Source of the DNA: a virus | Lineage: Duplodnaviria; Heunggongvirae; Uroviricota; Caudoviricetes | Virus record (IMG/VR): IMGVR_UViG_2585427793_000014 | Coordinates: 1 to 22,505 of that record | Direction: 5' to 3' (one strand) | Length of the DNA stretch: 22,505 nucleotides | In this document: positions 1-9,062 of the stretch, piece by piece | How the letters are laid out: each line of letters begins with the position of its first letter | How positions within the stretch are numbered: position 1 is the stretch's first letter | Position numbers and translations under genes: made by a program | The notes under the pieces: model-generated | Database searches by the model: none | The model's input: the letters and a program-made list of their open reading frames with translations, nothing else | What the model was told of the DNA's origin: nothing

Positions 1-618
1 CCAGACCGAGCCTTCAATACGTTTGTCGCCAAGGAACGTCGGAGAGCCTTCCTGTTCAATATCCTCATCAAAGGCAGCAAGTTCATCATAACCCGCCACA
101 TCCACCGACTTTTCACGGTAGTTTTTTGCCGCTTTACCGCCCAGGCACCAGAAGCCACGACCATTGGAAAAACGCTTCATAGTGAGCGTGTTATCCCGGT
201 GCTTTTTGCCATACCACGGAGCCAGCGCCAGCAGCGACGGAATATCGCGGATGGTCGGCTCAACGTGGGTTTTCATAAAGTTCTCGGCATCACCATCCGT
301 CGGCAACCAGATAAGGGTGTTGCGCTGCTTATGCTCTATAAAGTAGGCATAAACACCCAGCAGCATTTTGGAATAACCGACACGGGCAGACTTCACCACA
401 TTCACCTCACGGATGTAGTCGCTGCCCATCGCATTCATGATGGCCCGCTGAAAGGGCAGTGTTTCCCAGCGCCCTTCCTGGTATGCGGATTCTTTCGGGA
501 GATAGTAATTAGCATCCGCCCATTCAACGGCGGTCTGTGGCTCCGGCCTGAACAGTGAGCGAAGCCCGGCGCGGACAAAATGCCGCAGCCTGTTAACCTG
601 ACTGTTCGATATATTCAC
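1..618 (-). CDS. A: Terminase large subunit gpA, N-terminal 206 codons; gene runs past the window start
   Basis: Minus-strand frame reads GTG-NISNSQVNRLRHFVRAGLRSLFRPEPQTAVEWADANYYLPKE...RIEGSVW, matching my recollection of lambda gpA almost residue for residue. Start codon GTG at 616-618 lies 26 nt inside the Nu1 3' end, as in lambda. Confidence 0.93.
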   Translation of the reverse strand, partial: MNISNSQVNRLRHFVRAGLRSLFRPEPQTAVEWADANYYLPKESAYQEGRWETLPFQRAIMNAMGSDYIREVNVVKSARVGYSKMLLGVYAYFIEHKQRNTLIWLPTDGDAENFMKTHVEPTIRDIPSLLALAPWYGKKHRDNTLTMKRFSNGRGFWCLGGKAAKNYREKSVDVAGYDELAAFDEDIEQEGSPTFLGDKRIEGSVW

Positions 619-1138
619 TCAGCAACCCCGGTATCAGTTCATCCAGCGCGGCTGCTTTGTTCATGGCTTTGATGATATCCCGTTTCAGGAAATCAACATG
701 TCGGTTTTCCAGTTCCGGAAAACGCCGCTGCACCGACAGGGGGATCCCGTCGAGAATACTGGCAATTTCACCTGCGATCCGCGACAGCACGAAAGTACAG
801 AATGCGGTTTCCACCACTTCAGCGGAGTCTCTGGCATTCTTCAGTTCCTGTGCGTCGGCCTGCGCACGCGTAAGTCGATGGCGTTCGTACTCAATAGTCC
901 CTGGCTGGAGATCTGTCTCGCTGGCCTGCCGCAGTTCTGCAACTTCCCGGCGCAGCTTTTCGTTCTCAATTTCAGCATCCCTTTCGGCATACCATTTTAT
1001 GACGGCGGCAGAGTCATAAAGCACCTCATTACCCTTGCCACCGCCTCGCAGAACGGGCATTCCCTGTTCCTGCCAGTTCTGAATGGTACGGATACTCGCA
1101 CCGAAAATGTCAGCCAGCTGCTTTTTGTTGACTTCCAT
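593..1138 (-). CDS. nu1: Terminase small subunit Nu1
   Basis: 181-aa ORF MEVNKKQLADIFGASIRTIQNWQEQGMPVLRGGGKGNEVLYD..., near-identical to lambda Nu1 as I recall it. ATG at 1136-1138; the 3' end overlaps the A start. Confidence 0.95.
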   Translation of the reverse strand: MEVNKKQLADIFGASIRTIQNWQEQGMPVLRGGGKGNEVLYDSAAVIKWYAERDAEIENEKLRREVAELRQASETDLQPGTIEYERHRLTRAQADAQELKNARDSAEVVETAFCTFVLSRIAGEIASILDGIPLSVQRRFPELENRHVDFLKRDIIKAMNKAAALDELIPGLLSEYIEQSG

Positions 1139-1345
1139 TGTTCATTCCACGGACAAAAACAGAGAAAGGAAACGACAGAGGCCAAAAAGCTCGCTTTCAG
1201 CACCTGTCGTTTCCTTTCTTTTCAGAGGGTATTTTAAATAAAAACATTAAGTTATGACGAAGAAGAACGGAAACGCCTTAAACCGGAAAATTTTCATAAA
1301 TAGCGAAAACCCGCGAGGTCGCCGCCCCGTAACCTGTCGGATCGC
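1139..1345. other. cos: Lambda-type cohesive end site (cosB - cosN - cosQ side); cosN 12-nt cohesive end at 1316-1327
   Basis: Sequence 1141-1327 is the reverse complement of the lambda left end as I recall it (GGGCGGCGACCTCGCGGGTTTTCGCTATTTATGAAAATTTTCCGG...). AGGTCGCCGCCC at 1316-1327 is followed by CGTAACCTGTCGGATC, the lambda right end. Lies directly upstream of Nu1. Confidence 0.85.
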
Positions 1346-1526
1346 CGGAAAGGACCCACAAAATGATAATAATTATCATCTACATATCACAACGTGCCTG
1401 TACGCCATCAAACCACGAGAAATAATCAATTATGACGCAGGTATCGTATTAATTGATCTGCGTCAAATTAACGTAAAAGCAACTTCAGATAATACAAATC
1501 AGCGACACTGAATACAGGGCAACCTC

Positions 1527-1760
1527 ATGTCAACGAAGAACAGAACTCGCAGAACAACAACCCGCAACATCCGCTTTCCTAACCAAATGATTGAACAAAT
1601 TAACATCGCTCTTGTTCAAAAAGGGTCCGGGAATTTCTCAGCCTGGGTCATTGAAGCCTGCCGCCGGAGACTGTGCTCAGAAAAAAGAGTTTCGCCTGAA
1701 GCAAACAAAGAAAAGAGTGACATTACTGAATTGCTCAGAAAACAGGTTAGACCAGATTGA
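1527..1760 (+). CDS. Small hypothetical protein, possibly YlcI/YnfO-family (DUF3950-like)
   Basis: 77-aa ORF MSTKNRTRRTTTRNIRFPNQMIEQINIALVQKGSGNFSAWVIEACRRRL..., which I recall as typical of small prophage proteins near cos in DLP12/Qin-like prophages. Weak ribosome-binding site; orientation is opposite to the late genes. Confidence 0.45.
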   Translation: MSTKNRTRRTTTRNIRFPNQMIEQINIALVQKGSGNFSAWVIEACRRRLCSEKRVSPEANKEKSDITELLRKQVRPD

Positions 1761-1802
1761 AGCAATTTAGATAATCGAGCAGACTACGCCCCCTCATATC
1801 AC

Positions 1803-2228
1803 ATGGAAGGTACTACAATGGCTCAGGTTGCCATTTTTAAACAAATATTCGATAAAGTGCGAAATAATTTAAACTATCACTGGTTTTATTCTGAACTAAA
1901 ACGTCACAATGTCTCACATTACATTTACTATTTAGCCACAGAGAATATTCATCTTGTTCTTGAAAACGATAATACGGTTTTAATAAAAGGACAGGGTAAG
2001 GTTGTAAATGTAAGATTTTCAAAAAATAAATGCCTTATAGAAGCCACCTTAAAAGGATTCAAATCAGGAGAGTTATCATTTTACGAATACAGGAAAAATC
2101 TTGCTACAGCAGGGGTTTTCAGATGGATTACAAATATCCACGAAAACAAAAGGTATTACTATACCTTTGATAATTCATTACTCTTTACTGAGAACATTCA
2201 GAACACTACACAAATATTTCCGCACTAA
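1803..2228 (+). CDS. Hypothetical AT-rich moron protein (possibly YbcV/DUF1398-like); likely true start at ATG 1818
   Basis: 141-aa ORF with low GC. GGAAGG ribosome-binding site 7 nt before ATG 1818 gives a 136-aa product ([16 protein letters not shown]...). Sits between cos and the lysis cassette, as ybcV does in DLP12 (synteny recalled, not verified). Confidence 0.45.
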   Translation: MEGTTMAQVAIFKQIFDKVRNNLNYHWFYSELKRHNVSHYIYYLATENIHLVLENDNTVLIKGQGKVVNVRFSKNKCLIEATLKGFKSGELSFYEYRKNLATAGVFRWITNIHENKRYYYTFDNSLLFTENIQNTTQIFPH

Positions 2229-2514
2229 ATCATAACGTCCGGTTTCTTCCGTGCCAGAACCGGACTCGCTGGCATGATGAAATATGTGTACCCGGTAACC
2301 CCGGTGTGCATCGTTTTTGATTATTCCCGCACACTCGCGCAGAAGGAGTTCCCCGTCGGGCTACGGTCTCTGTTAATACGGGAATACGGCGGCGATACAG
2401 CGCATGATGTGTCAGGCTTGAATACCTTTATCCTTTAAAAGGGATATCAGTTAAGTTATCCCGTGTAGGGTATAAGCCATTATCAAGCCCACCCGTAGAT
2501 AGGCTTTGTAATGG

Positions 2515-2772
2515 CTACTTCGCTTTTGCTTCCGCTCGCTTACGCCGGCGCTCTTCTTTCCTCTCGGCTTTTGCCATGTCCATGAATGCCTGCATGATCG
2601 AGTTCCGCATCATGTAGCTAACAAAGTGATGATTGACACAGCCGTTGAGGCGCAGCTGCTCGCCAAACTCATCCACCGAGGCCAATGCTTCCATCATGCC
2701 CTTCTCGCCTTTCATGAACTCTGAGAAGTCGCGCCCCGCTCTGGAGGCGCATTCAATAACACGATCACTCAT
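2515..2772 (-). CDS. Hypothetical 85-aa protein with basic C-terminus (KAERKEERRRKRAEAKAK)
   Basis: ATG at 2770-2772 overlaps the stop of the upstream KilA-N gene (ATGA), suggesting translational coupling. No family recognised. Confidence 0.4.
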   Translation of the reverse strand: MSDRVIECASRAGRDFSEFMKGEKGMMEALASVDEFGEQLRLNGCVNHHFVSYMMRNSIMQAFMDMAKAERKEERRRKRAEAKAK

Positions 2773-3266
2773 CCCAGAAGCCCGGGGATCGTAATCTGCA
2801 GCTGGTTAGCCAGGGAGTTAATCTCAGCGACCAACACTGGCTTCGTATAGCGCCATGCTGCCAGCCCTTGTCCGCAGAAGCTCGCCATGTCTTTCTTCTG
2901 GTCAAACTCATGACATTTCATGTTGAGCTGCGCACTTAAGCTGTTGCGATGCTGAAGTTCTCCGGTGAAGTAGTCATCGAGGACTTTATAGGCCGCGTAC
3001 TTGAACCCGGGGTTTAACCAAGCCGCATAATCGTAAGCAACAAACTTCCCGCCATATGTTCCACCGTGTACACCGCGCTCAGTAAAAACCACAGATTCGT
3101 GGTTTTTCTCCAGCTCGGCTAAGAACTCTTTGGTCTGCTTGTTTCGCAGGTAGTGGTACGGAGATTCAGATTCACTTTTACCACTGGCTTTCCACATATC
3201 AGTGAGGCAGATCATGCCATCTTCACCGATACGAATTGGTTGATTGAAGAGGGTTAATGATTTCAT
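2769..3266 (-). CDS. KilA-N domain protein (165 aa)
   Basis: MKSLTLFNQPIRIGEDGMICLTDMWKASGK...GGTYGGKFVAYDYAAWLNPGFKYAAYKVL fits the KilA-N pattern (conserved GTY..., aromatic/AW block). Same strand as the late genes, between Rz and cos. Confidence 0.6.
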   Translation of the reverse strand: MKSLTLFNQPIRIGEDGMICLTDMWKASGKSESESPYHYLRNKQTKEFLAELEKNHESVVFTERGVHGGTYGGKFVAYDYAAWLNPGFKYAAYKVLDDYFTGELQHRNSLSAQLNMKCHEFDQKKDMASFCGQGLAAWRYTKPVLVAEINSLANQLQITIPGLLG

Positions 3267-3379
3267 AGCGTGTACCTACTCTTTGAAATGAACCTTTGCC
3301 GCACAGGAAACCAGCCCACCGAGGCTCGCCAGCACTAACTGGTATCCTCAAAGGCCCATTCCAAAGGGGCAGGTTCGGT

Positions 3380-3405
3380 GTAAAAAACATGCGTTGCGGT
3401 ACGCA
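3380..3405 (-). terminator. Candidate intrinsic terminator (minus strand) downstream of Rz
   Basis: On the minus strand: TGCGT-ACCGCA-ACGCA hairpin followed by TGTTTTTTA. Confidence 0.4.
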
Positions 3406-3410
3406 TTTAT

Positions 3411-3437
3411 TGCAAAAAGCCCCGCATCGCGAGGCTC
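3411..3437 (-). terminator. Candidate intrinsic terminator (minus strand) immediately downstream of Rz
   Basis: On the minus strand: an imperfect GC-rich hairpin (AGCCTCGCGATGCGGGGCT) followed by TTTTTGC. Confidence 0.35.
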
Positions 3438-3467
3438 ATTAAATGGACTTTGTGATTTGCAAAAAAA

Positions 3468-3905
3468 TTATTTCAGGCATTGCGTCCTGATGTATTCCTG
3501 CAGGTAGTTAACCTGCGCGGTTATCTTGTCGATTCCACTTCGGAGACGGTAATAATTGAGTTCAGCATCTGCTGTAAGTCCTGGGCTTTCTCCATTGCCC
3601 ATGCCGCTGGCTCCGGTCGTTGACTTTGCACAGGTGGCGGCGACTTGCAGGCGCTTACGCCCAGCAGAAACATCAGCACGGAGACTTTCGATAGTCGCGT
3701 TAGCATCAGCAAGCTCCTTTGTATATCTGGCATCGAGTTCTGCTACGTCACGTTGACGCTTCTGCATGTCAGCGATGATGTACGTGGCTTTATCGCGCTG
3801 TTCTTTATAGGTAATGGCGTTATCACGGTAATGATTAACAGCCCATGACAGACAGACGATGATGCAGATAACCAGAGCGGAGATAATCGCGGTTAACCTG
3901 CTCAT
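3468..3905 (-). CDS. Rz: Spanin inner-membrane subunit Rz (i-spanin)
   Basis: [34 protein letters not shown]... closely resembles lambda Rz (N-terminal transmembrane segment, coiled-coil body). ATG at 3903-3905 overlaps the R stop (ATGA). The six-frame track extends the ORF to a GTG at 3917. Confidence 0.85.
   Translation of the reverse strand: MSRLTAIISALVICIIVCLSWAVNHYRDNAITYKEQRDKATYIIADMQKRQRDVAELDARYTKELADANATIESLRADVSAGRKRLQVAATCAKSTTGASGMGNGESPGLTADAELNYYRLRSGIDKITAQVNYLQEYIRTQCLK
3521..3706 (-). CDS. Rz1: Spanin outer-membrane lipoprotein Rz1 (o-spanin), embedded in Rz in the +1 frame
   Basis: ORF wholly inside Rz. Signal peptide [20 protein letters not shown] with a lipobox cysteine, then a proline-rich mature part ([13 protein letters not shown]...), the classic Rz1 architecture. 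Start chosen at the internal Met before the signal peptide. Confidence 0.7.
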   Translation of the reverse strand: MLTRLSKVSVLMFLLGVSACKSPPPVQSQRPEPAAWAMEKAQDLQQMLNSIITVSEVESTR

Positions 3906-4399
3906 TGCTGCCCCCACAAACAGACTTCACGCTCAATCTCACGGCGAGTCATCAGCCCTTTCCATTGCTTACCGCCAGCGTATGTCCAGCGACGTAGCTG
4001 GTCACATGCGCCTTTGATATCGCCCTGGTTGATTTTGCGAAGAAGCGTCGATGTTCTGAAATTGCCAGCACCCACGTTGTAGACGAACGAGTAAAGAGCG
4101 CCGCGCGTTGTTTCCGGTATATCGACTTTGATGTACGGGTTAATTTGTCTGGCGACAGTGGTAAGGTCTTTATTCAGGAGGGCTTTGCACTCTGCTTCGG
4201 TATACGTTTTACCGGGAATGATGTCTTTTCCTGTATGCCCGTAACATACAGTCCATACACCAACTATGTCTTTGTAAGGATTATGTCTCACACCTTCCAG
4301 ACCATCGTTACCACTTGGGCCAGTGATTAACACAGATGCTATAGCAATAGCCCCGCCACCAATAGCAGCAGCAACAGCTTTTCGTAATGATGGAGGCAT
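3902..4399 (-). CDS. R: Endolysin R, phage-21-type SAR (signal-anchor-release) lysozyme
   Basis: [36 protein letters not shown]... with a Gly/Ala-rich N-terminal SAR segment and lysozyme body; matches my recollection of phage 21 R and DLP12 RrrD. Confidence 0.93.
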   Translation of the reverse strand: MPPSLRKAVAAAIGGGAIAIASVLITGPSGNDGLEGVRHNPYKDIVGVWTVCYGHTGKDIIPGKTYTEAECKALLNKDLTTVARQINPYIKVDIPETTRGALYSFVYNVGAGNFRTSTLLRKINQGDIKGACDQLRRWTYAGGKQWKGLMTRREIEREVCLWGQQ

Positions 4400-4614
4400 T
4401 ATCCACCTCTCGCAGCCTTGCGCTTATCTTCTTTAATCTTGAAATAAAGGTTTGTCAGGTACGTCAGCAGGCCAAATACCAGGCTACCCAGCACTCCAAT
4501 TGCCGCCCACTGTGAGGGCGTGACTTTATCTAGCAGCTGTAAAAACCAGTATCCGGCACTACCTGCTGAGGTGCCATAGGCGACACCCGTTGTTAACTTA
4601 TCCATGGATTTCAT
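4399..4614 (-). CDS. S: Pinholin S (phage 21 S21-type) with dual-start motif: antiholin from Met1 (4614), holin from Met4 (4605)
   Basis: [28 protein letters not shown]...[32 protein letters not shown]: two transmembrane segments, Lys between Met1 and Met4, basic C-terminus. GAGGTGG ribosome-binding site upstream. Confidence 0.93.
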
Positions 4615-4735
4615 AACCCCACCTCGCAGACAAAGCGGGTGTAAATTGAGGGAATACTACGAAACGTAACAGACTCGGAGTCAGTGAATAACTCAGGTAT
4701 TGGGTTATCAGCTAATATCGAGACTCAAAAAATGG

Positions 4736-4760
4736 AAAAACCCGCTCGACGGCGGGTTTA
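4736..4760 (-). terminator. Candidate intrinsic terminator (stronger on the minus strand) in the AT-rich spacer
   Basis: AAAAACCCGC-TCGACG-GCGGGTTTA hairpin. On the minus strand it is followed by TTCCATTTTTTG. Confidence 0.35.
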
Positions 4761-5186
4761 AGCTGTGTGACGAAGTGACCACTCTTAATAGCATAACCAA
4801 TTTTTTACGTACGTAAACCACTAAATGATATTTGCGAGAATGCTACCGAGTATTGAAAACACCACTACAAATACATAAGCAAATCTCAACAAATAACCAA
4901 CAAATAATTTCCAGTGTTATTTTTAGCCGGTTTAAATTGAACCTTCAAATTATAGAGCACTTATAAATAACAGACATTAATATAAATTGGCTAATAGATT
5001 TATTTTTATTCAGCCAAGAGCCATGAATAGGATTCGATAGAAAAAAGTTCAGATAAAAATAGAGATCTACTTCACAAATCAAACGAGAAACCAAAACTTA
5101 CATCTTGAAATAATCACATTGATTAGATGAATATTTATCGCGCAGTGACATCATTTTTTAATAATAGTTCAAAAAAAGGGCTCACG

Positions 5187-6269
5187 ATGAAAAAATTAAC
5201 AGTGGCAATTTCTGCTGTAGCTGCATCAGTACTGATGGCGATGTCTGCTCAGGCAGCTGAAATTTATAATAAAGACAGTAACAAGCTGGATCTGTACGGG
5301 AAAGTTAATGCTAAGCACTACTTCTCCTCTAATGATGCAGATGATGGTGATACTACTTATGCCCGTCTTGGCTTCAAAGGTGAAACCCAAATCAACGATC
5401 AACTGACTGGTTTCGGTCAGTGGGAATATGAATTCAAAGGCAACCGCGCTGAATCTCAAGGTTCCTCCAAAGATAAAACCCGTCTTGCCTTCGCTGGCCT
5501 GAAATTCGGTGACTACGGCTCCATCGATTACGGCCGTAACTACGGTGTAGCATACGACATCGGTGCGTGGACTGACGTCCTGCCAGAATTCGGTGGTGAC
5601 ACTTGGACTCAAACCGACGTGTTCATGACTCAACGTGCAACTGGTGTTGCAACTTATCGTAACAACGACTTCTTTGGTCTGGTCGATGGCCTGAACTTTG
5701 CTGCTCAGTATCAGGGTAAAAATGACCGCACTGACGTAACTGAAGCCAATGGTGATGGTTTCGGTTTCTCCACTACTTATGAGTATGAAGGATTCGGCGT
5801 GGGTGCAACCTATGCTAAATCAGATCGCACTGACGGTCAGGTCGCCTATGGTAAGAGCAAATTCAATGCCTCCGGCAAAAATGCGGAAGTATGGGCTGCA
5901 GGCCTGAAATATGATGCGAACAATATCTATCTGGCTACCACATATTCTGAAACTCAGAATATGACCGTTTTTGGTAATAACCATATTGCAAACAAAGCAC
6001 AAAACTTTGAAGCAGTAGCACAATATCAGTTTGACTTCGGTCTGCGCCCATCTGTTGCTTACCTTCAGTCAAAAGGTAAAGACCTTGGTGTTCATGGTGA
6101 CCGAGACTTAGTCAAGTATGTCGATGTCGGTGCTACTTACTACTTTAATAAAAACATGTCCACTTTTGTTGATTACAAAATCAACTTAATTGACGATAGT
6201 AAGTTTACCAAAACAGCTGGTATTGATACCGACGACATCGCCGCTGTAGGTCTGGTTTATCAGTTCTAA
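5187..6269 (+). CDS. nmpC: Outer-membrane general porin, OmpC/OmpF/NmpC family (prophage moron)
   Basis: Signal peptide [30 protein letters not shown]..., beta-barrel porin pattern, terminal ...VGLVYQF. Position between Q and S matches nmpC of DLP12 and lc of PA-2 (recalled). ATG 5187 is preferred over the upstream in-frame ATG 5127. Confidence 0.93.
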   Translation: MKKLTVAISAVAASVLMAMSAQAAEIYNKDSNKLDLYGKVNAKHYFSSNDADDGDTTYARLGFKGETQINDQLTGFGQWEYEFKGNRAESQGSSKDKTRLAFAGLKFGDYGSIDYGRNYGVAYDIGAWTDVLPEFGGDTWTQTDVFMTQRATGVATYRNNDFFGLVDGLNFAAQYQGKNDRTDVTEANGDGFGFSTTYEYEGFGVGATYAKSDRTDGQVAYGKSKFNASGKNAEVWAAGLKYDANNIYLATTYSETQNMTVFGNNHIANKAQNFEAVAQYQFDFGLRPSVAYLQSKGKDLGVHGDRDLVKYVDVGATYYFNKNMSTFVDYKINLIDDSKFTKTAGIDTDDIAAVGLVYQF

Positions 6270-6278
6270 TCTGACTTA

Positions 6279-6320
6279 CGAAAAAGATATGTTGCGGGAG
6301 GCTTTGCCTCCGCAACATAT
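6279..6320 (-). terminator. Candidate tR'-like intrinsic terminator for the short late-promoter transcript (minus strand)
   Basis: Long inverted repeat ATATGTTGCGGGAGG-CTTTG-CCTCCGCAACATAT; on the minus strand the hairpin is followed by CTTTTTCG. Lies about 140-180 nt downstream of the Q stop, where lambdoid phages carry pR'/qut/tR'. Confidence 0.4.
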
Positions 6321-6406
6321 AAGTGGAGCCCTCAAGCCACTTCCTTTAGAAGCACTACCTTACTTCTTACTATATAAACCTTCTGTTATATATTACCCTT
6401 TATTTT

Positions 6407-6432
6407 GGGGGCGTTTCCACGCCCCATTTTTA
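6407..6432 (+). terminator. Candidate intrinsic terminator for the porin transcript (plus strand)
   Basis: GGGGCGT-TTCC-ACGCCCC hairpin followed by ATTTTTAAT on the plus strand. Confidence 0.45.
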
Positions 6433-6457
6433 ATAACTTTTAGTAAACAATTGCATA

Positions 6458-6841
6458 TCAATTAGAATTATTAGCAACGATATCCATATCTAACCGGATA
6501 TCTAATGTCATTAACATCCCTTCAATTATGCCCTCAGCCTTCTGTAACCTTTTCCCGATATAACCATCCGAGCAGCAATGCTTACTTGCCAGTGACATGA
6601 ATGTCATACCACATACATAATAATCTACTAATAAATCGTGTAAATCGCTGTTGTTCTTTTTCAGACGGGCCATGCACCCGCAAATGATCATCGCGTCATC
6701 GTCACAACATTGCAGGCGAGATTTTACTTTTGAAGGAATTAATCCCTTAAAACCGGCAGCAATGGACGACCAGGTCACATCCTCATGATTATTTGCCGCC
6801 CATGCACCCCAGCGTTCAAGAACCATCTGAATATCACGCAT
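6458..6841 (-). CDS. Q: Late-gene antiterminator Q (QuuD-like, 127 aa)
   Basis: [41 protein letters not shown]...[16 protein letters not shown] matches my recollection of DLP12 QuuD. Lies upstream of the lysis cassette. The track ORF begins at a TTG (6856); ATG 6841 is preferred. Confidence 0.85.
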   Translation of the reverse strand: MRDIQMVLERWGAWAANNHEDVTWSSIAAGFKGLIPSKVKSRLQCCDDDAMIICGCMARLKKNNSDLHDLLVDYYVCGMTFMSLASKHCCSDGYIGKRLQKAEGIIEGMLMTLDIRLDMDIVANNSN

Positions 6842-6858
6842 CAACTTTCTCCACAAAA

Positions 6859-7854
6859 TCAGGACAGCACACCAATCGCCAGCGCGCGATCGATAAAACG
6901 AAATATCAGCTCCAGTTGGGAACCATACTTCTCTTCAAATGCCACTGTATCCGCATGCAGTTCGTCATGGTGTTTTCTGCACAAAGGCAACACAAAAAGG
7001 TCATGCGCTTTTGTACCCATTCCACCCTGACCATGACCAATCAGGTGGTGGGCATCATCAGCAGGCTTTCCGCAACATGCGCACGGCTGCGTCTTAACCC
7101 AGCGCGTGTACTTTTCATTAACCCAGCGGCGACGTTTTGGGCGTAACATAAAAGACTCCGGCGACTCCGGATCCACTTTCAGCGCCAGCACCTTTTTCGC
7201 TTTATCCTGGATGATGCTGGTGGCAGGAACCGAAGGCACAAGATCACTTTCCCGGGTGACAGACGGCACAACAGGCTTCGGTAATCTCAGTGCCTTACGG
7301 GCTGCACTTTCCGGTAAGGCATCCGCCAGATCATTACGAATCAGCCACCAGCACAGTTCAGGCATTGTCACAACGTGACTGTCATCAAAACCGAGATCCC
7401 GACGCACAACAGACAACACCCAGCGGGCACAGTTATCCGTTGCCATTGATTCCAGCCGTTCCGTGAACTGATCGCGCAACTGGTTATCGCAGTGCCAGCA
7501 CAGACGGATTGCGCCCGGCGCGTGTCGCATTGTTGTCATGTTCTCGCTGTGCCAGCCGGAATGAGGCCACTGACAGCCCTTTTCACGAAGTAACCAGCTT
7601 TCAAGACATTCCACACCACCAGCACGACGGATCACTGCCTCATTGCGGAACACGGCCCGAACGGCAGGATCATCCGCCAGCGGTTGTGATGCCGCCGGAA
7701 CGGCACCACTGGCGAAAGATGAATAACGCTCCGGCTCAGGCTCCAGCAGGACACGCCCCTGCATAAACAGGGGCATCAGCTCTGAACCTGGCCTGAACAA
7801 TACGATCCCCATACGCGGGGCAATTTCAGGGGTCAGTAGTGCTCTCACAGTCAC
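6859..7854 (-). CDS. nin-region protein with C-terminal HNH-like Cys/His motif (DUF968-like, putative nuclease)
   Basis: 331-aa ORF ending ...[43 protein letters not shown], a CxxC...HH...H...C..HH pattern typical of HNH zinc-finger nucleases. Start uncertain: the track start is GTG; an internal ATG at 7812 is possible. Confidence 0.5.
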   Translation of the reverse strand: MTVRALLTPEIAPRMGIVLFRPGSELMPLFMQGRVLLEPEPERYSSFASGAVPAASQPLADDPAVRAVFRNEAVIRRAGGVECLESWLLREKGCQWPHSGWHSENMTTMRHAPGAIRLCWHCDNQLRDQFTERLESMATDNCARWVLSVVRRDLGFDDSHVVTMPELCWWLIRNDLADALPESAARKALRLPKPVVPSVTRESDLVPSVPATSIIQDKAKKVLALKVDPESPESFMLRPKRRRWVNEKYTRWVKTQPCACCGKPADDAHHLIGHGQGGMGTKAHDLFVLPLCRKHHDELHADTVAFEEKYGSQLELIFRFIDRALAIGVLS

Positions 7855-7855
7855 C

Positions 7856-8653
7856 TCAATGAACGGTATCGAGCAGCTTTAACAGCTCAGGAAATCGGGA
7901 TTCGAAGAAATGCGGCTGCGTCTCGCGCGGATTTGCAGGACTGGTGATGTTCTTGCCGAACATGCAGCCTTTCGCGGTCAGCGACCAGAATTTTTTGATG
8001 TTGTTAATCGCGGTACGGCTGTATCGTTCGCGTTGTTCAACGATCCCCAGCTTCACCATCTGGTGATATGCCTGATTAGCCGTCAGGCGGATACCATACT
8101 GCTTCAGCAGTGCACTCAGCGACAGCGTGGGGCGACTTGAGCCATCAGGCGCGTCAGCAGGAGCATCAATGGCATAGCGCGGTGCCAGATTCGGTAAGCC
8201 AACAGCCTCCTGAAGCTTCTGACAGGCTCCAAGCACTGATGAGTTAGACAGATTTAATTCCCGGCGCATAAAGTCCAGCAGGATCACGCCAGCCTGCATC
8301 TTGTCAGCAGCCTGTCCGGATAATTTTTCCGGTGCGCTGGTTACCATGTCGAAAGTACGGATCACCTTCAGATGGAATGACGGGCTGATCCACATTGCAT
8401 AGGCATACACCAGTTCTTTGCAGACATACGTCCCCTGGTTATTTCCGCCACGAATAACGTTAACTGGCTCTATATTGACCGAGTTGCAAATCTGCAACTC
8501 GCTTATTAAACGCTCAGTTTGCTCATTGCGGAGCCAGAATGCAGGCTTATGCTTATCCAGAGAACCAGCAGCCCTATGCAGATCGTTCAGGCTGTAACGC
8601 CCATAAGCATCACGACGAACTTCAATACCATCAATGACCATCAGATTATTCAT
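7856..8653 (-). CDS. KilA-N domain protein (266 aa) with uncharacterised C-terminal domain
   Basis: MNNLMVIDGIEVRRDAYGRYSLNDLHRAAG...QGTYVCKELVYAYAMWISPSFHLKVIRTFD is a KilA-N signature. AGGAG ribosome-binding site 8 nt before ATG 8651-8653; the track extends the ORF to 8686. Confidence 0.65.
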   Translation of the reverse strand: MNNLMVIDGIEVRRDAYGRYSLNDLHRAAGSLDKHKPAFWLRNEQTERLISELQICNSVNIEPVNVIRGGNNQGTYVCKELVYAYAMWISPSFHLKVIRTFDMVTSAPEKLSGQAADKMQAGVILLDFMRRELNLSNSSVLGACQKLQEAVGLPNLAPRYAIDAPADAPDGSSRPTLSLSALLKQYGIRLTANQAYHQMVKLGIVEQRERYSRTAINNIKKFWSLTAKGCMFGKNITSPANPRETQPHFFESRFPELLKLLDTVH

Positions 8654-8672
8654 ACTTCGTTTCTCCTCTTGA

Positions 8673-9062
8673 TCAGGCGGCTGCACCCGCCGTTTTCTCG
8701 TACTTACTGATAGTGATCTCGACCTTCCCTTCCGGGATAACCGGTCCCCACTCCACCAGCATTCTTTTCACCTGGCTGTCGTCTTCCCACACACCCGCGT
8801 GGGTCAGGGCGTCAAACAGCGCCTTGTTATAGTTGTCCAGATCGCGGATCCGGTTATCCGGAGGAAACAACACGATCTCCACTGAAGCAGGTGCCGACGT
8901 TGGTTTTGGCAGACGACGTAACTGCTCAACTATTGCTGCACACGCCGCGCTCTGGAATTTGCGCCCCGCCGCGCTTATCAGGCTCTTACCTGCAAACGCC
9001 CCTTTGTTGGGGTGTCGCCAGTACGTGTTCACGCTGGGCGGAAAAGGCAGAATCAGCTTCAT
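8673..9062 (-). CDS. rusA: RusA-family Holliday junction resolvase
   Basis: LPFPPSVNTYWRH...RDLDNYNKALFDALTHAGVWEDDSQV... aligns by eye with E. coli RusA (PPS.N.Y.RH; RDLDN..KA.FDALT.AG.W.DD.QV). Confidence 0.85.
   Translation of the reverse strand: MKLILPFPPSVNTYWRHPNKGAFAGKSLISAAGRKFQSAACAAIVEQLRRLPKPTSAPASVEIVLFPPDNRIRDLDNYNKALFDALTHAGVWEDDSQVKRMLVEWGPVIPEGKVEITISKYEKTAGAAA

Noticed and set aside
164-558. Plus-strand ORFs (164-346, 199-558) inside the terminase A region
   Set aside because: They lie antisense to an unambiguous lambda gpA reading frame with near-identical recalled protein sequence; they are shadow ORFs.
657-1237. Plus-strand ORFs (657-1019, 698-1237) and the minus-strand ORF 997-1203 over Nu1 and cos
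   Set aside because: Antisense to or overlapping Nu1 and running into the cos site; composition is junk-like (Ser/Cys/Arg-rich).
1254-1511. 85-aa plus-strand ORF across the cos flank
   Set aside because: It spans cosN and the conserved non-coding lambda right end, and has no ribosome-binding site.
4255-4275. CTGTATGCCCGTAACATACAG palindrome resembling a LexA box
   Set aside because: The CTGT...ACAG spacing is 13 nt rather than 8 and it lies inside the endolysin coding sequence; probably coincidental.
5127-5186. Upstream in-frame ATG extending the porin ORF by 20 codons
   Set aside because: The extension precedes a canonical signal peptide that starts at MKKLTVAIS (ATG 5187); porins start at the signal peptide.
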